DNA of 64,000 bases from Bdellovibrionales bacterium (GCA_965197425.1 CBDANC010000014.1:256001-320000), one strand, 5' to 3'; positions 1 through 10,551 are shown, counted from the stretch's first letter. A program made the numbers and translations. The notes: a model not told the origin generated them from the letters alone.

Positions 1-833
1 CATCCTGTGTGCGCACACATACTACAGCCTTTTTTGTTGCAGAGTATACATGTACAATCAACCTCAGCAGATGGCTCTGTAAATGGGAAAAAACTTGGTC
101 TAAACCTAATCTCTACATCACCAAAAAATTCTTTTGCAAAAAAATCCAAGGAACCTTTTAGATCTGCCATGGAAACATTTTTATCTATCAATAGCCCCTC
201 TACTTGGTGAAACATAGGGCTGTGGGATATATCACTATCGCATCTAAACACACTCCCTGGACCTAACACACTAATAGGTAGAGTTTCTTCTCTCATAGTC
301 CTTACCTGTATAGGACTTGTATGTGGTCTTAGGGAAAAGTTGTGATCTATGTAAAAAGTATCCTGCATGTCTCTGGCAGGATGATCCTTCGGAATATTTA
401 AAGCTTCGAAGTTATTTTCATCTGAATCAATACACGGGCCAGTTCTTACATAAAATCCAAGCCTTGAAAAAATATCTATAATTTCATCCATAATAGTATC
501 TATTGGATGTAGTGAACCCAAAGATGGTGTGATAACTCCAGGTAACCCCAAATCTATTGGTTTCTTTAATTCCTCTAAAAGAGCTACATCTGCTAATTTT
601 TTTTTACATTCTTGATATAGGCTTTCTAGCTTATTTTTAGTTTTATTTAAAACTGACCCTATATGCTTTTTTTGATCGGCATCTGGAATACTGCCAATGC
701 TTTTCATCAACAAGGAAAGTTCACCCTTTCTACCCAAAAATTGAACCCTGGCTTGTTCCAACGACGATATGTCTTCTGCCTTTTTGAAAGTTTGGGAGGC
801 CAAGTTTTCTAAATTGTGTATCTGTTTTTCCAC
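1..833 (-). CDS. pheS: Phenylalanine--tRNA ligase alpha subunit (3' end runs off the window)
   Basis: Manual translation from GTG 833 gives HPARDMQDTFY, LRPHTSP, FHQVEGL and RFRPSFFPFTEPSAEVD. Not in the ORF track. Confidence 0.95.
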   Translation of the reverse strand, partial: MEKQIHNLENLASQTFKKAEDISSLEQARVQFLGRKGELSLLMKSIGSIPDADQKKHIGSVLNKTKNKLESLYQECKKKLADVALLEELKKPIDLGLPGVITPSLGSLHPIDTIMDEIIDIFSRLGFYVRTGPCIDSDENNFEALNIPKDHPARDMQDTFYIDHNFSLRPHTSPIQVRTMREETLPISVLGPGSVFRCDSDISHSPMFHQVEGLLIDKNVSMADLKGSLDFFAKEFFGDVEIRFRPSFFPFTEPSAEVDCTCILCNKKGCSMCAHTG

Positions 834-879
834 GGTGTGAATATAAAATAGTTTTAAATTGTAAGCAAAGGTATTATTG

Positions 880-931
880 TAAGCCAAAAAACAATTTATT
901 GCCAGATTCAATCAGTGTTGGAAAGAGCTTA
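880..931 (+). repeat. Degenerate remnant of the dispersed repeat (module M1 3' end) abutting an ATG
   Basis: tcaatcagtgttggaaagagctta-ATG resembles tcaatcagtgctgaggaagacctt near 4779-4802. Confidence 0.5.
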
Positions 932-1651
932 ATGAAATTAATAACTAGTACTAAAAATGAACAATTTAAGCTTCTCAAATCTCTTTTGACATCAAAAGGT
1001 GTGAAGAAAAACAACCTATGTATGGTAATGGGAAGGCAACACCCAAAAAGCAAAATAGAGCTGGAAATTCTTCCAAAGGATTGGTCAGATGCTTCCAAAT
1101 CTACAAATCAAATTTTTCTTACTAAAGAGCTATTTAATAAGCTAGACATTCTAGGGACACATCATCCAATTTCAGTTATAAAAACTCCAAAATTACCCAA
1201 ATGGAACGAACAAGATAAGTTGGAAGGGAAAGAAGTATTAATTCCACTTAAAGATCCTACAAACTTAGGCAGCGTCATACGGTCATGTGTAGCATTCGAC
1301 ATGGATAAAATCATTCTGTTGAATGGAGTAGCAAACCCATTTTTACCCAAAGTTATAAAGACCTCAAACTATGCGGTGCTTAACAAAAAAATATTTGTAG
1401 GCCCAAAAGCAGAAGATATTAAAAGTTACATAGCTCTTAACTCAAACAAAGGCATAGACATAAAAAGCTTTAAATGGCCTAAAAAGGGAAGACTTATGAT
1501 AGGAGAAGAAAGAGGCCTTGTCGTAAACAAACTTGCCTTGGATAAATCTGATCAAGTCAAACATGTTAATATACCAATGGCTAAAGGCTTTGATTCATTA
1601 AACTCTTCTGTGGCTGCTAGTATTGCAATGTATAGCTGGAAAAATTCGTAG
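932..1651 (+). CDS. TrmH/SpoU family RNA methyltransferase
   Basis: SPOUT motifs DPTNLGSVIRS, IGEERG, IPM..FDSLNSSVAASI; N-terminal ITS..N. Confidence 0.9.
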   Translation: MKLITSTKNEQFKLLKSLLTSKGVKKNNLCMVMGRQHPKSKIELEILPKDWSDASKSTNQIFLTKELFNKLDILGTHHPISVIKTPKLPKWNEQDKLEGKEVLIPLKDPTNLGSVIRSCVAFDMDKIILLNGVANPFLPKVIKTSNYAVLNKKIFVGPKAEDIKSYIALNSNKGIDIKSFKWPKKGRLMIGEERGLVVNKLALDKSDQVKHVNIPMAKGFDSLNSSVAASIAMYSWKNS

Positions 1652-1674
1652 TTTTAGAATTACAAAAGAAAGAC

Positions 1675-2397
1675 TTATTGCCTGTTTTGTCTCTTTTTTT
1701 CTGCTTTATATCTTTTAGCCGCTGCTTTAGATCTACTTTTTACTTTTCTTCTTTTGTTTTTCAATGCCGTTTTGCTGGCTGAGGCTTTACGCAGAGCTTT
1801 TTCGGTTTGTTGTCTTTGCTTGTGTGCTTTAATTTCCCAATCAGTAGCATCTTTTTCAGATTTTTTTACCTTTTGCCTTAAAGCACTTACTTCTCTTTTA
1901 GATTTTGCAATATCTTGTTTTCTGTTTTTTATGTCTTTTTTATAATTAGCTATTTGTTTTTCTACAGATCGTTTATCTTTCTCCAATTCACTCTTAGTAT
2001 TCAAAGAAGCTTTAAGGGCATCTTCCGCACTCTGCAACTGTTCCTTGTGATTCTTTTCTTTAAGCTCTAAAGCACTAATAATCTCTTCTAATCTTGTGAT
2101 CTCTTTATTTGCTTTGAAAGTTTTGTCCTTAGCAATATTATATTTTTTCTTTACTCTATTTATGACTGCTTTAGTTCTTCTTTCTACAGATTCTCTTTTC
2201 TTCTTTGTATTGCTAAGTTTTATTTGAGTTTGTCTCTCTTCTCTATCTGCTTCACGAGCCTCTTCTTCTGCTAACCTAGCTTCTTCCTCCAATTCATCCA
2301 CATCCACTTCTTCAAATTCCAGGTGAATATCATCTTCAATCTGAGCATAGGAATAACCAGGGGCAACCATTAATAGTGTAATAAATAAACACTTCAT
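1675..2397 (-). CDS. Secreted coiled-coil hypothetical protein
   Basis: Signal peptide, acidic N-terminus, long K/E/R-rich helical region. Confidence 0.7.
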   Translation of the reverse strand: MKCLFITLLMVAPGYSYAQIEDDIHLEFEEVDVDELEEEARLAEEEAREADREERQTQIKLSNTKKKRESVERRTKAVINRVKKKYNIAKDKTFKANKEITRLEEIISALELKEKNHKEQLQSAEDALKASLNTKSELEKDKRSVEKQIANYKKDIKNRKQDIAKSKREVSALRQKVKKSEKDATDWEIKAHKQRQQTEKALRKASASKTALKNKRRKVKSRSKAAAKRYKAEKKRQNRQ

Positions 2398-2407
2398 CTT
2401 AAGTCTA

Positions 2408-2435
2408 GGTTCGGAATTTAATAGACAAAGCTTAA
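2408..2435 (-). promoter_or_regulatory. Putative sigma28/FliA-type promoter
   Basis: TTAAG-N15-TCCGAACC just upstream of ATG 2397. Confidence 0.4.
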
Positions 2436-2450
2436 GTTTATCAGAGCCTA

Positions 2451-3176
2451 ATGTGCCTAATTTCTAAATTACAACTAGACTTTGATACTAAAAGGATGCT
2501 TAAACAGTGGGGCATGTTTAATGTAGCTCAAAGCTGGAAGCCCATTTTACAAAGTGAGTTTGAAAAATCCTACTGGCAAACCTTAACTGGGTTTTTAGAA
2601 AAAGAGTATTTGAATAATACAATATTTCCGCCAAAACCACAGGTATTTAGATCGATGGGCTTAGCTCCTTTTAACAGCATAAAGGTAGTTATAATAGGCC
2701 AAGACCCATATCATGGAGAAGGCCAGGCCAATGGCCTTTGTTTTTCTGTGAACAAAAAAGTAACCCTTCCTCCTTCTCTAAAAAATATTTTTAAGGAACT
2801 ACAAGATGACTTGGGAATTTTGAACACCTCAGGAGATTTATCTAATTGGGCCAGTCAGGGGGTTTTGCTCTTAAATTCAACCTTAACCGTTAAAAAGGGA
2901 TTGGCTGGGTCACACCAACTGAAAGGATGGGAGCAGTTTACAGACCATATAATAAAGAAAGTAAGCAGTAAGCTTAATAATATTGTGTTTATTCTATGGG
3001 GTTCTTATGCAATTAAAAAAGGAGAAGTAATAGATAAAACCAAGCACTTTTGTTTAAGTTCAGCACATCCCTCTCCATTTTCTGCAAATAGAGGTTTTTT
3101 TGGTTCAAAACCATTTTCTAAAACCAACATATACCTAAGGAAGCACAATTTAAATATGATAGATTGGAGTACCTAA
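2451..3176 (+). CDS. ung: Uracil-DNA glycosylase family 1
   Basis: GQDPYHG, PPSLKNI, GVLLLN and HPSPFS motifs. Confidence 0.97.
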   Translation: MCLISKLQLDFDTKRMLKQWGMFNVAQSWKPILQSEFEKSYWQTLTGFLEKEYLNNTIFPPKPQVFRSMGLAPFNSIKVVIIGQDPYHGEGQANGLCFSVNKKVTLPPSLKNIFKELQDDLGILNTSGDLSNWASQGVLLLNSTLTVKKGLAGSHQLKGWEQFTDHIIKKVSSKLNNIVFILWGSYAIKKGEVIDKTKHFCLSSAHPSPFSANRGFFGSKPFSKTNIYLRKHNLNMIDWST

Positions 3177-4678
3177 AGAAACACTACATAACTACCGACT
3201 ACGTTTACGCTATGTTCTCTTATAAGAATGCCTGTTTATTTGCTATAATTGTATTGCTTACAGCACAAACTTCATGGACACAAGATAATGATAATGCAGA
3301 TATTCAAAACGACGGGCTGAATCCAGAATCAAGGGCATGTAGAGCTTCTTACGAAACCTACAGTCGTGCAAGAGAAGCCAGAAATAGAGCCTGCCCTTCA
3401 GAAAACCTAACTAGTTGTGAACAAAAGATATCGGAATGCACAGAAATGCTAGAAAATATTTTTCCAGCAACAACTTCAGGAAGAATTAATACTAATCAAG
3501 TTGAAAGTTTTGAAGAGGCTTGTCCTGGAGTTCTGGGTTCATTCAGTGGACGTAGAGGTGGAATAAAACAAAGAATGGATAGGCTACTTCAAGAACGAAA
3601 AGAAAACATCGACAATGCAAAAAAAGATTATGACAAAGTTAAGCAAAGAAGAGAAGCAAAAATTAAAAAGCTAGAAGAAAAGCTAGACAAATTGACAAAC
3701 GGCACACCAACCGAAGGTGACAAAGAAAAATCACTGAGTGAAATGTCAATAGGTGAGCTAGATGCAAAAGCCTCAGAATTAACTAACAGTAATAGAGAGA
3801 TGGAGCAAAAAACAGTGGAATATATGGAGGCTCTTAATGGAGAAAACGGAATACTAAAAAAATTAAACGACGCAAGGAAAAACATAGCTACTGCTAGAAG
3901 AGCTTATAGAGACGTTGAGCAAAGACTAGTTATACAATGTGACGAGACAGTAGAAGGGGAATTAGCTACATTTGATAGACGATTTAGAGCCAGAAGATCA
4001 AATCAAAGCAGAAGGGCAATAAGGGCGAGAGAAAAGCGTAAATTATATGCCAGATGCATGGCACGAAAAGCAAACACAATTGCACTATCAAATGCAAGAG
4101 AAGATTATACACAAACACTAAATACTCTCCAACAAGAGATAAATAGGCTACAAACTTCGCTTCAAGACAGAGAACAACAATATCAAATGGAATTACAAGA
4201 GGTCGAACAAAATAAACGAAGAAGGCTTCTAGAAATACAGCAAGAAAAACAAAGAAGAATTTCAGAGTTATCTAACATAACAAAGGAACTTGCAGAGGTT
4301 AAGTCTCCAAGTAGAGAAGAAGAGAGATTAGGCAGAGAACTAGAAGAAGCATCTGAAGCGTTAGATGAACAAACAACCACCATTGAAAACTTAGAATTAC
4401 GCCTAGGAGGTGTAATCTCTAATGAAGATCCTAATACCGAGCTACTAGCAGACATCTACACAGATCAAAAGTTTGAATCTGCAAAACAAATTGCTCTGGA
4501 TGAATGTTGTATTCCAAATTCCAGTAATGGTGAACCAACAATATCATATATAAAATCGCAGAGTATTAGTGGTGTATCGGGAGCAAGTAATTTCTGCAGA
4601 ACAACAACTACACCAAATCCTGATGCAGGAAATGGAGGATCTCCTCCTCCCTCCGAAACAGAGGCAGTGCCAAACTGA
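3164..4678 (+). CDS. Secreted Cys-containing long coiled-coil hypothetical protein (start may be 3212)
   Basis: 504-aa ORF with signal-like segment, Cys clusters at both ends and a long helical middle. Confidence 0.7.
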   Translation: MEYLKKHYITTDYVYAMFSYKNACLFAIIVLLTAQTSWTQDNDNADIQNDGLNPESRACRASYETYSRAREARNRACPSENLTSCEQKISECTEMLENIFPATTSGRINTNQVESFEEACPGVLGSFSGRRGGIKQRMDRLLQERKENIDNAKKDYDKVKQRREAKIKKLEEKLDKLTNGTPTEGDKEKSLSEMSIGELDAKASELTNSNREMEQKTVEYMEALNGENGILKKLNDARKNIATARRAYRDVEQRLVIQCDETVEGELATFDRRFRARRSNQSRRAIRAREKRKLYARCMARKANTIALSNAREDYTQTLNTLQQEINRLQTSLQDREQQYQMELQEVEQNKRRRLLEIQQEKQRRISELSNITKELAEVKSPSREEERLGRELEEASEALDEQTTTIENLELRLGGVISNEDPNTELLADIYTDQKFESAKQIALDECCIPNSSNGEPTISYIKSQSISGVSGASNFCRTTTTPNPDAGNGGSPPPSETEAVPN

Positions 4679-4720
4679 TAAAACAAATATTTTTACAGGA
4701 CATTTCTACTGGATAGCAGA

Positions 4721-4844
4721 TGTGTCAAAACGTAATTCATCCATCAAAAATAGAACAAGTCCCATTGTTTGCTGGGACTCAATCAGTGCTGAGGAAGACC
4801 TTGAGAAACTTAGATCAGCATCGTGTTCCAGAGCTGGGCAACCA
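4721..4844 (+). repeat. Dispersed repeat: module M1 plus 5' part of M2
   Basis: Colinear with 57146-57266 (tgtgtcaaaacgtaattc...gaggaagacctt...gatcagcatcgtgt...gctgggcaacca). Confidence 0.85.
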
Positions 4845-4918
4845 TCAATTATCGAATATCCCTGATTGCCCGACTGCCTGCTCAGATACTAAATCTATAC
4901 TTTAGTTCAGTAAAATAA

Positions 4919-5815
4919 ATGACACCTTATAGGTTACAATCTTACTCTATGAAGTCTTTTGTGCTGCTGATATTGATCTTGTTCCAAACAACAAATGCCA
5001 TAGGCTCTATGGGAAATCACAAGATAGAATCCTCTCTAATATTTGATCTACCCATAGAGTACAACCCACATGTTCAAAAGTGGATAAACTACTTTCAAAA
5101 TTCCGGTAGAAAGCATTTTTCCAAATGGCTTGAACGACATAAAAGTGTAGTACCTAGAATACAAGACATCTTAGAAACACATGGTCTTCCAAGAGATCTG
5201 GTTTACATGGCCATGATTGAAAGTGGTTTTTCACCCTATGCCAAATCACATAAAGATGCTGTAGGTCCGTGGCAATTTATAAAACCCACCGCAGAACGCT
5301 TTGGTTTAAAAGTAAACTCATGGATTGATGAAAGAAAGGATATTGATAAAAGCACAATAGCTGCTACCAGATACCTAAAATATCTCTATGGAATGTTTGG
5401 CTCTTGGTACCTAGTAGCTGCTGCATATAATACAGGAGAAAATAGAGTACATAGAGCAATAATAAAGCACAAAACCAAAAACTTTTGGGAACTTATCAAA
5501 AATAACGCCCTTCACAGCGAAACAACAAATTATGTTCCAAAACTAATAGCAGCCATGTTAATTGCAAAAGCCCCAGGGCTCTATGGCTTTAGACAAATAA
5601 ACTACAAAAATCCAACCCTGTTTGCATATTTTAGCTTCCCAGGTGGAACAAATATCAAAAGCTTAAGTAAATACCTAAATGTAAACTCAGAGGTTATAAC
5701 AGGTCTAAACCCTGAACTAAACTTAACTACAATCCCAAGCTTTGTTAGATCACATAAAATCAAGATACCCCTACACTCAATGAACAGAGCACAGGAGTAT
5801 ATCAAAACTCTATAA
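4919..5815 (+). CDS. Lytic transglycosylase (SLT/MltD-like)
   Basis: IESGF catalytic Glu, AVGPWQF, AAAYNTG, ETTNYVPK. Confidence 0.92.
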   Translation: MTPYRLQSYSMKSFVLLILILFQTTNAIGSMGNHKIESSLIFDLPIEYNPHVQKWINYFQNSGRKHFSKWLERHKSVVPRIQDILETHGLPRDLVYMAMIESGFSPYAKSHKDAVGPWQFIKPTAERFGLKVNSWIDERKDIDKSTIAATRYLKYLYGMFGSWYLVAAAYNTGENRVHRAIIKHKTKNFWELIKNNALHSETTNYVPKLIAAMLIAKAPGLYGFRQINYKNPTLFAYFSFPGGTNIKSLSKYLNVNSEVITGLNPELNLTTIPSFVRSHKIKIPLHSMNRAQEYIKTL

Positions 5816-6790
5816 ACAATTTTTTAACCAAGAAAGGAAGTTTAATCTTCTTTTGGATATGTCAAAGTGTCCGCCTTCAAATTCCTCATAGTGTAATTTA
5901 AAATTGTGTTCTTTTAAAATTTGCCAAATACGGTATGTACCAAACCCAAGGGAAAATTCATCAGACTTACCACACTCTAAAAAAACTGACTTTAATGTCT
6001 TTAAATTTTCTTTTCTTTTTTCTAAAAAAACTACTGGATCATGCTCTTTCCACTTATCCCAAATTTCTTTCTTTAAAATTCCTGTATTGAGATCAACTGG
6101 AAGCTCTATTTTAGTCTTTGGACAATAACAAGCAGACATTGCCACAGTTTCTATTGCAGACATATCCTTTACTTCACCCCTTTGTATAAGGTTGAGGGTT
6201 TCATCCAATCCAGTTTTTTTGATAAAAGCACAAGCTTTATAGATTGAGGGCAAATAACAGGTCTCAAAAAAAGAGTCCGGTGCTATAGCTCCCACATGTT
6301 TAAAAATAGAATGTTTGCTTGCAAGCTGTAAAGCCCCATAGCCTCCACTTGATCCTCCAAAAATTGCCCACAAATTATGGTCATCACAAAATTCTGAGGA
6401 TATTATGGGGGATAGCTCTTCTACTATATGATCTTCATATCTACCCACAATAGGACTATTTAAAAATTGACTTCCTCCTAAAGAAGACGAAGCATCCACA
6501 AAAACATAGACCGCTTGTGGAATGTTTTCAAAGTTACTGTCTATCATTTGAGGAAAATTATCTTCGTTCATCCATTTAATATTAAAGTAACCAGGACCTG
6601 TGGATGAAAATCCTGATAGAATAAAAACCACAGGACATTTATCCTTTTTGTTCTTCGGAACAAGTAAGATATGTCTTTTTGTAGAAGGGTCATTTAAATG
6701 ATTATCTACCAACACCTTACTTTCTAGCTCAAGGGTCTGTATTTCAAAATGTCCCAAATCAATATAATTAAAGCCTTTTGTAATTTTCAT
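5810..6790 (-). CDS. Alpha/beta hydrolase (putative esterase, Fes-like)
   Basis: GGSSGGYGA nucleophile elbow, ..DEF.. and FEGGH. Confidence 0.8.
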   Translation of the reverse strand: MKITKGFNYIDLGHFEIQTLELESKVLVDNHLNDPSTKRHILLVPKNKKDKCPVVFILSGFSSTGPGYFNIKWMNEDNFPQMIDSNFENIPQAVYVFVDASSSLGGSQFLNSPIVGRYEDHIVEELSPIISSEFCDDHNLWAIFGGSSGGYGALQLASKHSIFKHVGAIAPDSFFETCYLPSIYKACAFIKKTGLDETLNLIQRGEVKDMSAIETVAMSACYCPKTKIELPVDLNTGILKKEIWDKWKEHDPVVFLEKRKENLKTLKSVFLECGKSDEFSLGFGTYRIWQILKEHNFKLHYEEFEGGHFDISKRRLNFLSWLKNCL

Positions 6791-6900
6791 ATTTTTACCT
6801 CTTAATTTTGCCGTCAACACTATGAAAGATATAATGATATCACAAATTTTGGTTGATGTATGGTACCTTAGGCTTTATGAAACTGTATGCAGTTGAAGTA

Positions 6901-7036
6901 ACTGTGCCGGAACGTAGGACCACTGAAAAAACGAACAAGTCCGTTTATTTCATTGGCCTCTCAGTGTTGTTGAACGTAATTCGCCTGACAAAAAAGCAAC
7001 AAGTCACTTTTTGGTCAGGCTCAATCAGTGTGGGTT
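6901..7036 (+). repeat. Two tandem M1 hairpin modules abutting the speA ATG
   Basis: aacgta-[stem-aaaaa-acaagtc-ttt-stem]-tcagtgt occurs twice; shares ends with the 4721 and 57144 copies. Confidence 0.75.
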
Positions 7037-8923
7037 ATGGAAAAAAAAGATAAATGGACAACCCTAGACTCTAAATCCCTATACGGAATAGATGCGTGGG
7101 GTACCGGGTATTTTGATATCAATGAGAGTGGCAACTTGACAATTACCCCTAAAAAGCTAGCCCATGTTGATATGAAAAAGCTAGTAGATGAGTTAAAAGA
7201 AAGAGGTATCCGCATCCCAATTTTACTTAGAATAATGAATATTGTAGAAGACAGAATTAATTTAATAAACTCCTGTTTTAAAAGAGCAATAAATAGCTAT
7301 GGATACGAGAACAAATACCGTGGCGTCTATCCTATAAAAGTAAATCAACAAAAGCATCTAATAGAAAAAATTTTAGACATAGGCCATAACTACGATATGG
7401 GGCTTGAATGTGGAAGCAAACCAGAACTACTAGTAGCACTAGCTATGATGAGCAAAAAACAATCTTTGTTAGTATGCAATGGATTTAAAGATTATGAATA
7501 CATAGAAACAGCAATTCTCTCTACAAAGCTTGGATTTGAAACAATAATTGTAGTAGAGAGAATTTCTGAGCTAGATTTGGTCATTGAAATAGCTGAAAAT
7601 TTAAAGATCAAACCTTTGATAGGAGTAAGGGTAAGGCTGGAATCTCCAAGCGCTGGAAAATGGCAACAAACCACAGGAGTGGGATCAAAATTTGGATTAG
7701 ATGCTACTGGATTGGTGGAATGTGTATCCAAATTAAAGGATCACAATTTATTATCTCAGTTTAACCTACTACATTTTCATATAGGCTCACAGATACCATC
7801 TATTTATGCGATTAAAGCTGCACTTAAAGAAGGTGCTAGATTTTACACTGAGCTATCTAAGATGGGAGCCAGTTTGAAATACTTGGATGTAGGGGGAGGG
7901 CTTGGTGTTGACTACGATGGCACCGGTACCTCAGACTCTTCTGCTAATTATAGAGAGCAAGAGTATGCAAACGATGTTATATCTATTATTCAAAGTGAAT
8001 GTGACGAAAGAAATGTTCCACATCCTGTGATCATTTCAGAATCTGGTAGATCACTCACAGCTCATCATTCGGTTTTGGTATTTGATATATTAGGTGCATC
8101 TAAAAAACACCTCGCCCACGATATTACTATCGATTCAAAACACCCTCCTATAATACATGAATTAAAGGAAACTTTGGAACAGTTGTCTGAGAATAAAAAT
8201 TTGTCTGAATTTTTTAATGACCTAAGACAGTATAGAACAGATGTCTCGCAGCTATTTACCTATGGGGTATTAAATCTAGAACACAAGTGTGTAGCAGAAG
8301 GTTTTATAAAATCTATTAGCATAAAATTAATGGAACTTGCTAAGAAAAAAAATCTGAAGAATATCATATCTTCAATAGAAAAAGATTTGGTCTCTGTATA
8401 CTTTGCTAATTTTAGTGTGTTTCAGTCAGTACCAGATATTTGGGCTATAAAGCATGTATTTCCAGTTCTACCTATCCAGAGATTGGATGAAGAACCAAAC
8501 AACCAGACTATATTAGCAGATATCACTTGTGACTGTGATGGAAAAGTTGATTCATTTATACAAAATGGAGTTCACTCCCCTACATTAAAACTTCACGATT
8601 TAACAGATGACACATACTATGTTGGAATTTTTCTGATAGGTGCTTATCAAGAAATTTTAGGTGATCTCCATAACCTGTTCGGTAATACAGATGCAGTATC
8701 AATATCAATAGATAACAGTGGTTATCATGTAGAAGAAGTGGAATCTGGGGATACAGTTGGAGAAATACTAAGCTATATTCAGTACAACAGATCAGAATTA
8801 GTACAAAGAATGAGACAAGCAACAGAAAAAGGCATAAAGGAAAAATTAATTAGTGGTTCTGATGCAAAACTTTTAATGAGACATTATGAAGATGGTCTGT
8901 CCGGTTACTCATATCTAGAATAA
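7037..8923 (+). CDS. speA: Biosynthetic arginine decarboxylase
   Basis: VYPIKVNQ, GLECGSKPEL, HFHIGSQI, DVGGGLGVDYDG, DITCDCDG, GAYQEILGDLHNLFG. Confidence 0.96.
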   Translation: MEKKDKWTTLDSKSLYGIDAWGTGYFDINESGNLTITPKKLAHVDMKKLVDELKERGIRIPILLRIMNIVEDRINLINSCFKRAINSYGYENKYRGVYPIKVNQQKHLIEKILDIGHNYDMGLECGSKPELLVALAMMSKKQSLLVCNGFKDYEYIETAILSTKLGFETIIVVERISELDLVIEIAENLKIKPLIGVRVRLESPSAGKWQQTTGVGSKFGLDATGLVECVSKLKDHNLLSQFNLLHFHIGSQIPSIYAIKAALKEGARFYTELSKMGASLKYLDVGGGLGVDYDGTGTSDSSANYREQEYANDVISIIQSECDERNVPHPVIISESGRSLTAHHSVLVFDILGASKKHLAHDITIDSKHPPIIHELKETLEQLSENKNLSEFFNDLRQYRTDVSQLFTYGVLNLEHKCVAEGFIKSISIKLMELAKKKNLKNIISSIEKDLVSVYFANFSVFQSVPDIWAIKHVFPVLPIQRLDEEPNNQTILADITCDCDGKVDSFIQNGVHSPTLKLHDLTDDTYYVGIFLIGAYQEILGDLHNLFGNTDAVSISIDNSGYHVEEVESGDTVGEILSYIQYNRSELVQRMRQATEKGIKEKLISGSDAKLLMRHYEDGLSGYSYLE

Positions 8924-9016
8924 TACCGAAAAATACACCATATTATACTAACAAAGTATTGCTAATACTTTGGCTGAAGTGATAGCATTTTATAGAACTC
9001 AAATAGGATATAATAT

Positions 9017-10267
9017 ATGTCACTTGCCATTATTATAATAGCTCTATTATTTTTTGTAGGTCATGCTTTAAAATGGTTCTTTGCAGTAACAAAAGTACCT
9101 GATCTTCTAATCCTTTTAGGTATTGGTTTCGCAATAAAGATCTTCTTCAAAGATAACCTAGATGCCTTACAGGGAATTGGGCCAACACTCTCTACTATGG
9201 CCTTGATTGTGGTTTTGTATGGTGGTGGTCTATCTTTGAGAGCAAAAGATTTGTTGACCTCAAGTCTTCCTGCACTGGGCTTATCTATTGTGGGATTTTT
9301 TGCAACTTTCTCGTTTGCTTTCATAACAGCCATATTATGTGGCCAAGGAATTAACACTGCCCTACTACTTGGTGCTGCTATAGGCAGTACTTCCTCCGCT
9401 ATAGTGATACCAATCGTAAAACAGCTTAGTATATCTAATAATACTAAGGTGATCTTGTCGTTAGAATCTGCCTTTACTGATGTTTTAGCGATCGTGATCT
9501 TTTTAGTTTTGTTGGACGGAGCAACTATGGAAGGTGGTTTTGATATAAACAAACTTATCATGGGAATTGGACCGAATACTCTATTAGCTACTGGTTTTGG
9601 TGTTGGATTAGGAATTGTTTGGTCGTTTATAAAATGTAAGTTTGATTTTATATCTGATATAAACTTTTCTGGAGAAGCTTGGGCAATGCTATGTTACGGC
9701 TTTATGGAAGTTATGAATTATAATGGAGCTATTGGAGTTTTAGCACTAGGGTTTACTTTGGCAAACCTTGACCTTTCACCTAAATTTTTCCGAAAAATAT
9801 TAAGCAGAAATCCTGTTAGTAAAATGGATATGCACCTTCTAGATGAGGTTACTTTTTTATTAAAGACAGCATTTTTTGTTTTTTTAGGAACTCAAGTGCA
9901 GTTTAATAATCTACTCTACATAATAATTGCACTCTTTCTGAGTGTGGGAATTTTTGTAATAAGATATTTTGCAGTAGGATTTATGATGAACAAGGATAAA
10001 TACTCCAGAATTGATGCCATGGTTATAACTGCCATGGGCCCTAGGGGGTTGGCATGTGCTGTGTTGGCAACCCTACCGCTTCAAAGAGGCCTGACCGAGT
10101 CAGGAGAGTGGCTTCAAAATATAATCTTTGGCCTAATCCCTATTACTATAGTTTTTACAGCTATTCTGGTAATTTTATCTGAAAGAGAAAGGTTCAGAAA
10201 AATGCTCGATAAATTCTTTATGAAATATAGCAATAACACTATGCCTGAAACACATCAAAACTACTAG
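9017..10267 (+). CDS. Cation:proton antiporter (CPA1/NhaP-like)
   Basis: About 12 TM segments with STSSAIV, LESAFTD and MGPRGLA. Confidence 0.85.
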   Translation: MSLAIIIIALLFFVGHALKWFFAVTKVPDLLILLGIGFAIKIFFKDNLDALQGIGPTLSTMALIVVLYGGGLSLRAKDLLTSSLPALGLSIVGFFATFSFAFITAILCGQGINTALLLGAAIGSTSSAIVIPIVKQLSISNNTKVILSLESAFTDVLAIVIFLVLLDGATMEGGFDINKLIMGIGPNTLLATGFGVGLGIVWSFIKCKFDFISDINFSGEAWAMLCYGFMEVMNYNGAIGVLALGFTLANLDLSPKFFRKILSRNPVSKMDMHLLDEVTFLLKTAFFVFLGTQVQFNNLLYIIIALFLSVGIFVIRYFAVGFMMNKDKYSRIDAMVITAMGPRGLACAVLATLPLQRGLTESGEWLQNIIFGLIPITIVFTAILVILSERERFRKMLDKFFMKYSNNTMPETHQNY

Positions 10268-10356
10268 GCCACCTCTTTTGTACCTAAAGAGGCTTCCTTG
10301 ATTACTTCAAAATTCTGTTGTAGGGTGACAAGAAGTTATATGCAAGAGGATAAGAT

Positions 10357-10551
10357 ATGACACCTAGTATTCCACAAATTTTAATAGTTTTAGCCATAAT
10401 TCTCATTATCTTTGGCCCTAAGAAAATACCAGGAATCGGAAAAGCCCTAGGCCAAGCTATAAGAGGATTTAAAAAAGGCATAACTGGAGAAGCGGAAGAA
10501 AAAGAAGAAAAGGAAGAAAAGGAAGAAAAAGAAGAAGACAATAAAAACTAA
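10357..10551 (+). CDS. tatA: Twin-arginine translocase TatA/E
   Basis: TM-FGPKKIP-G-ALG-AIRGFKK. Confidence 0.93.
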   Translation: MTPSIPQILIVLAIILIIFGPKKIPGIGKALGQAIRGFKKGITGEAEEKEEKEEKEEKEEDNKN

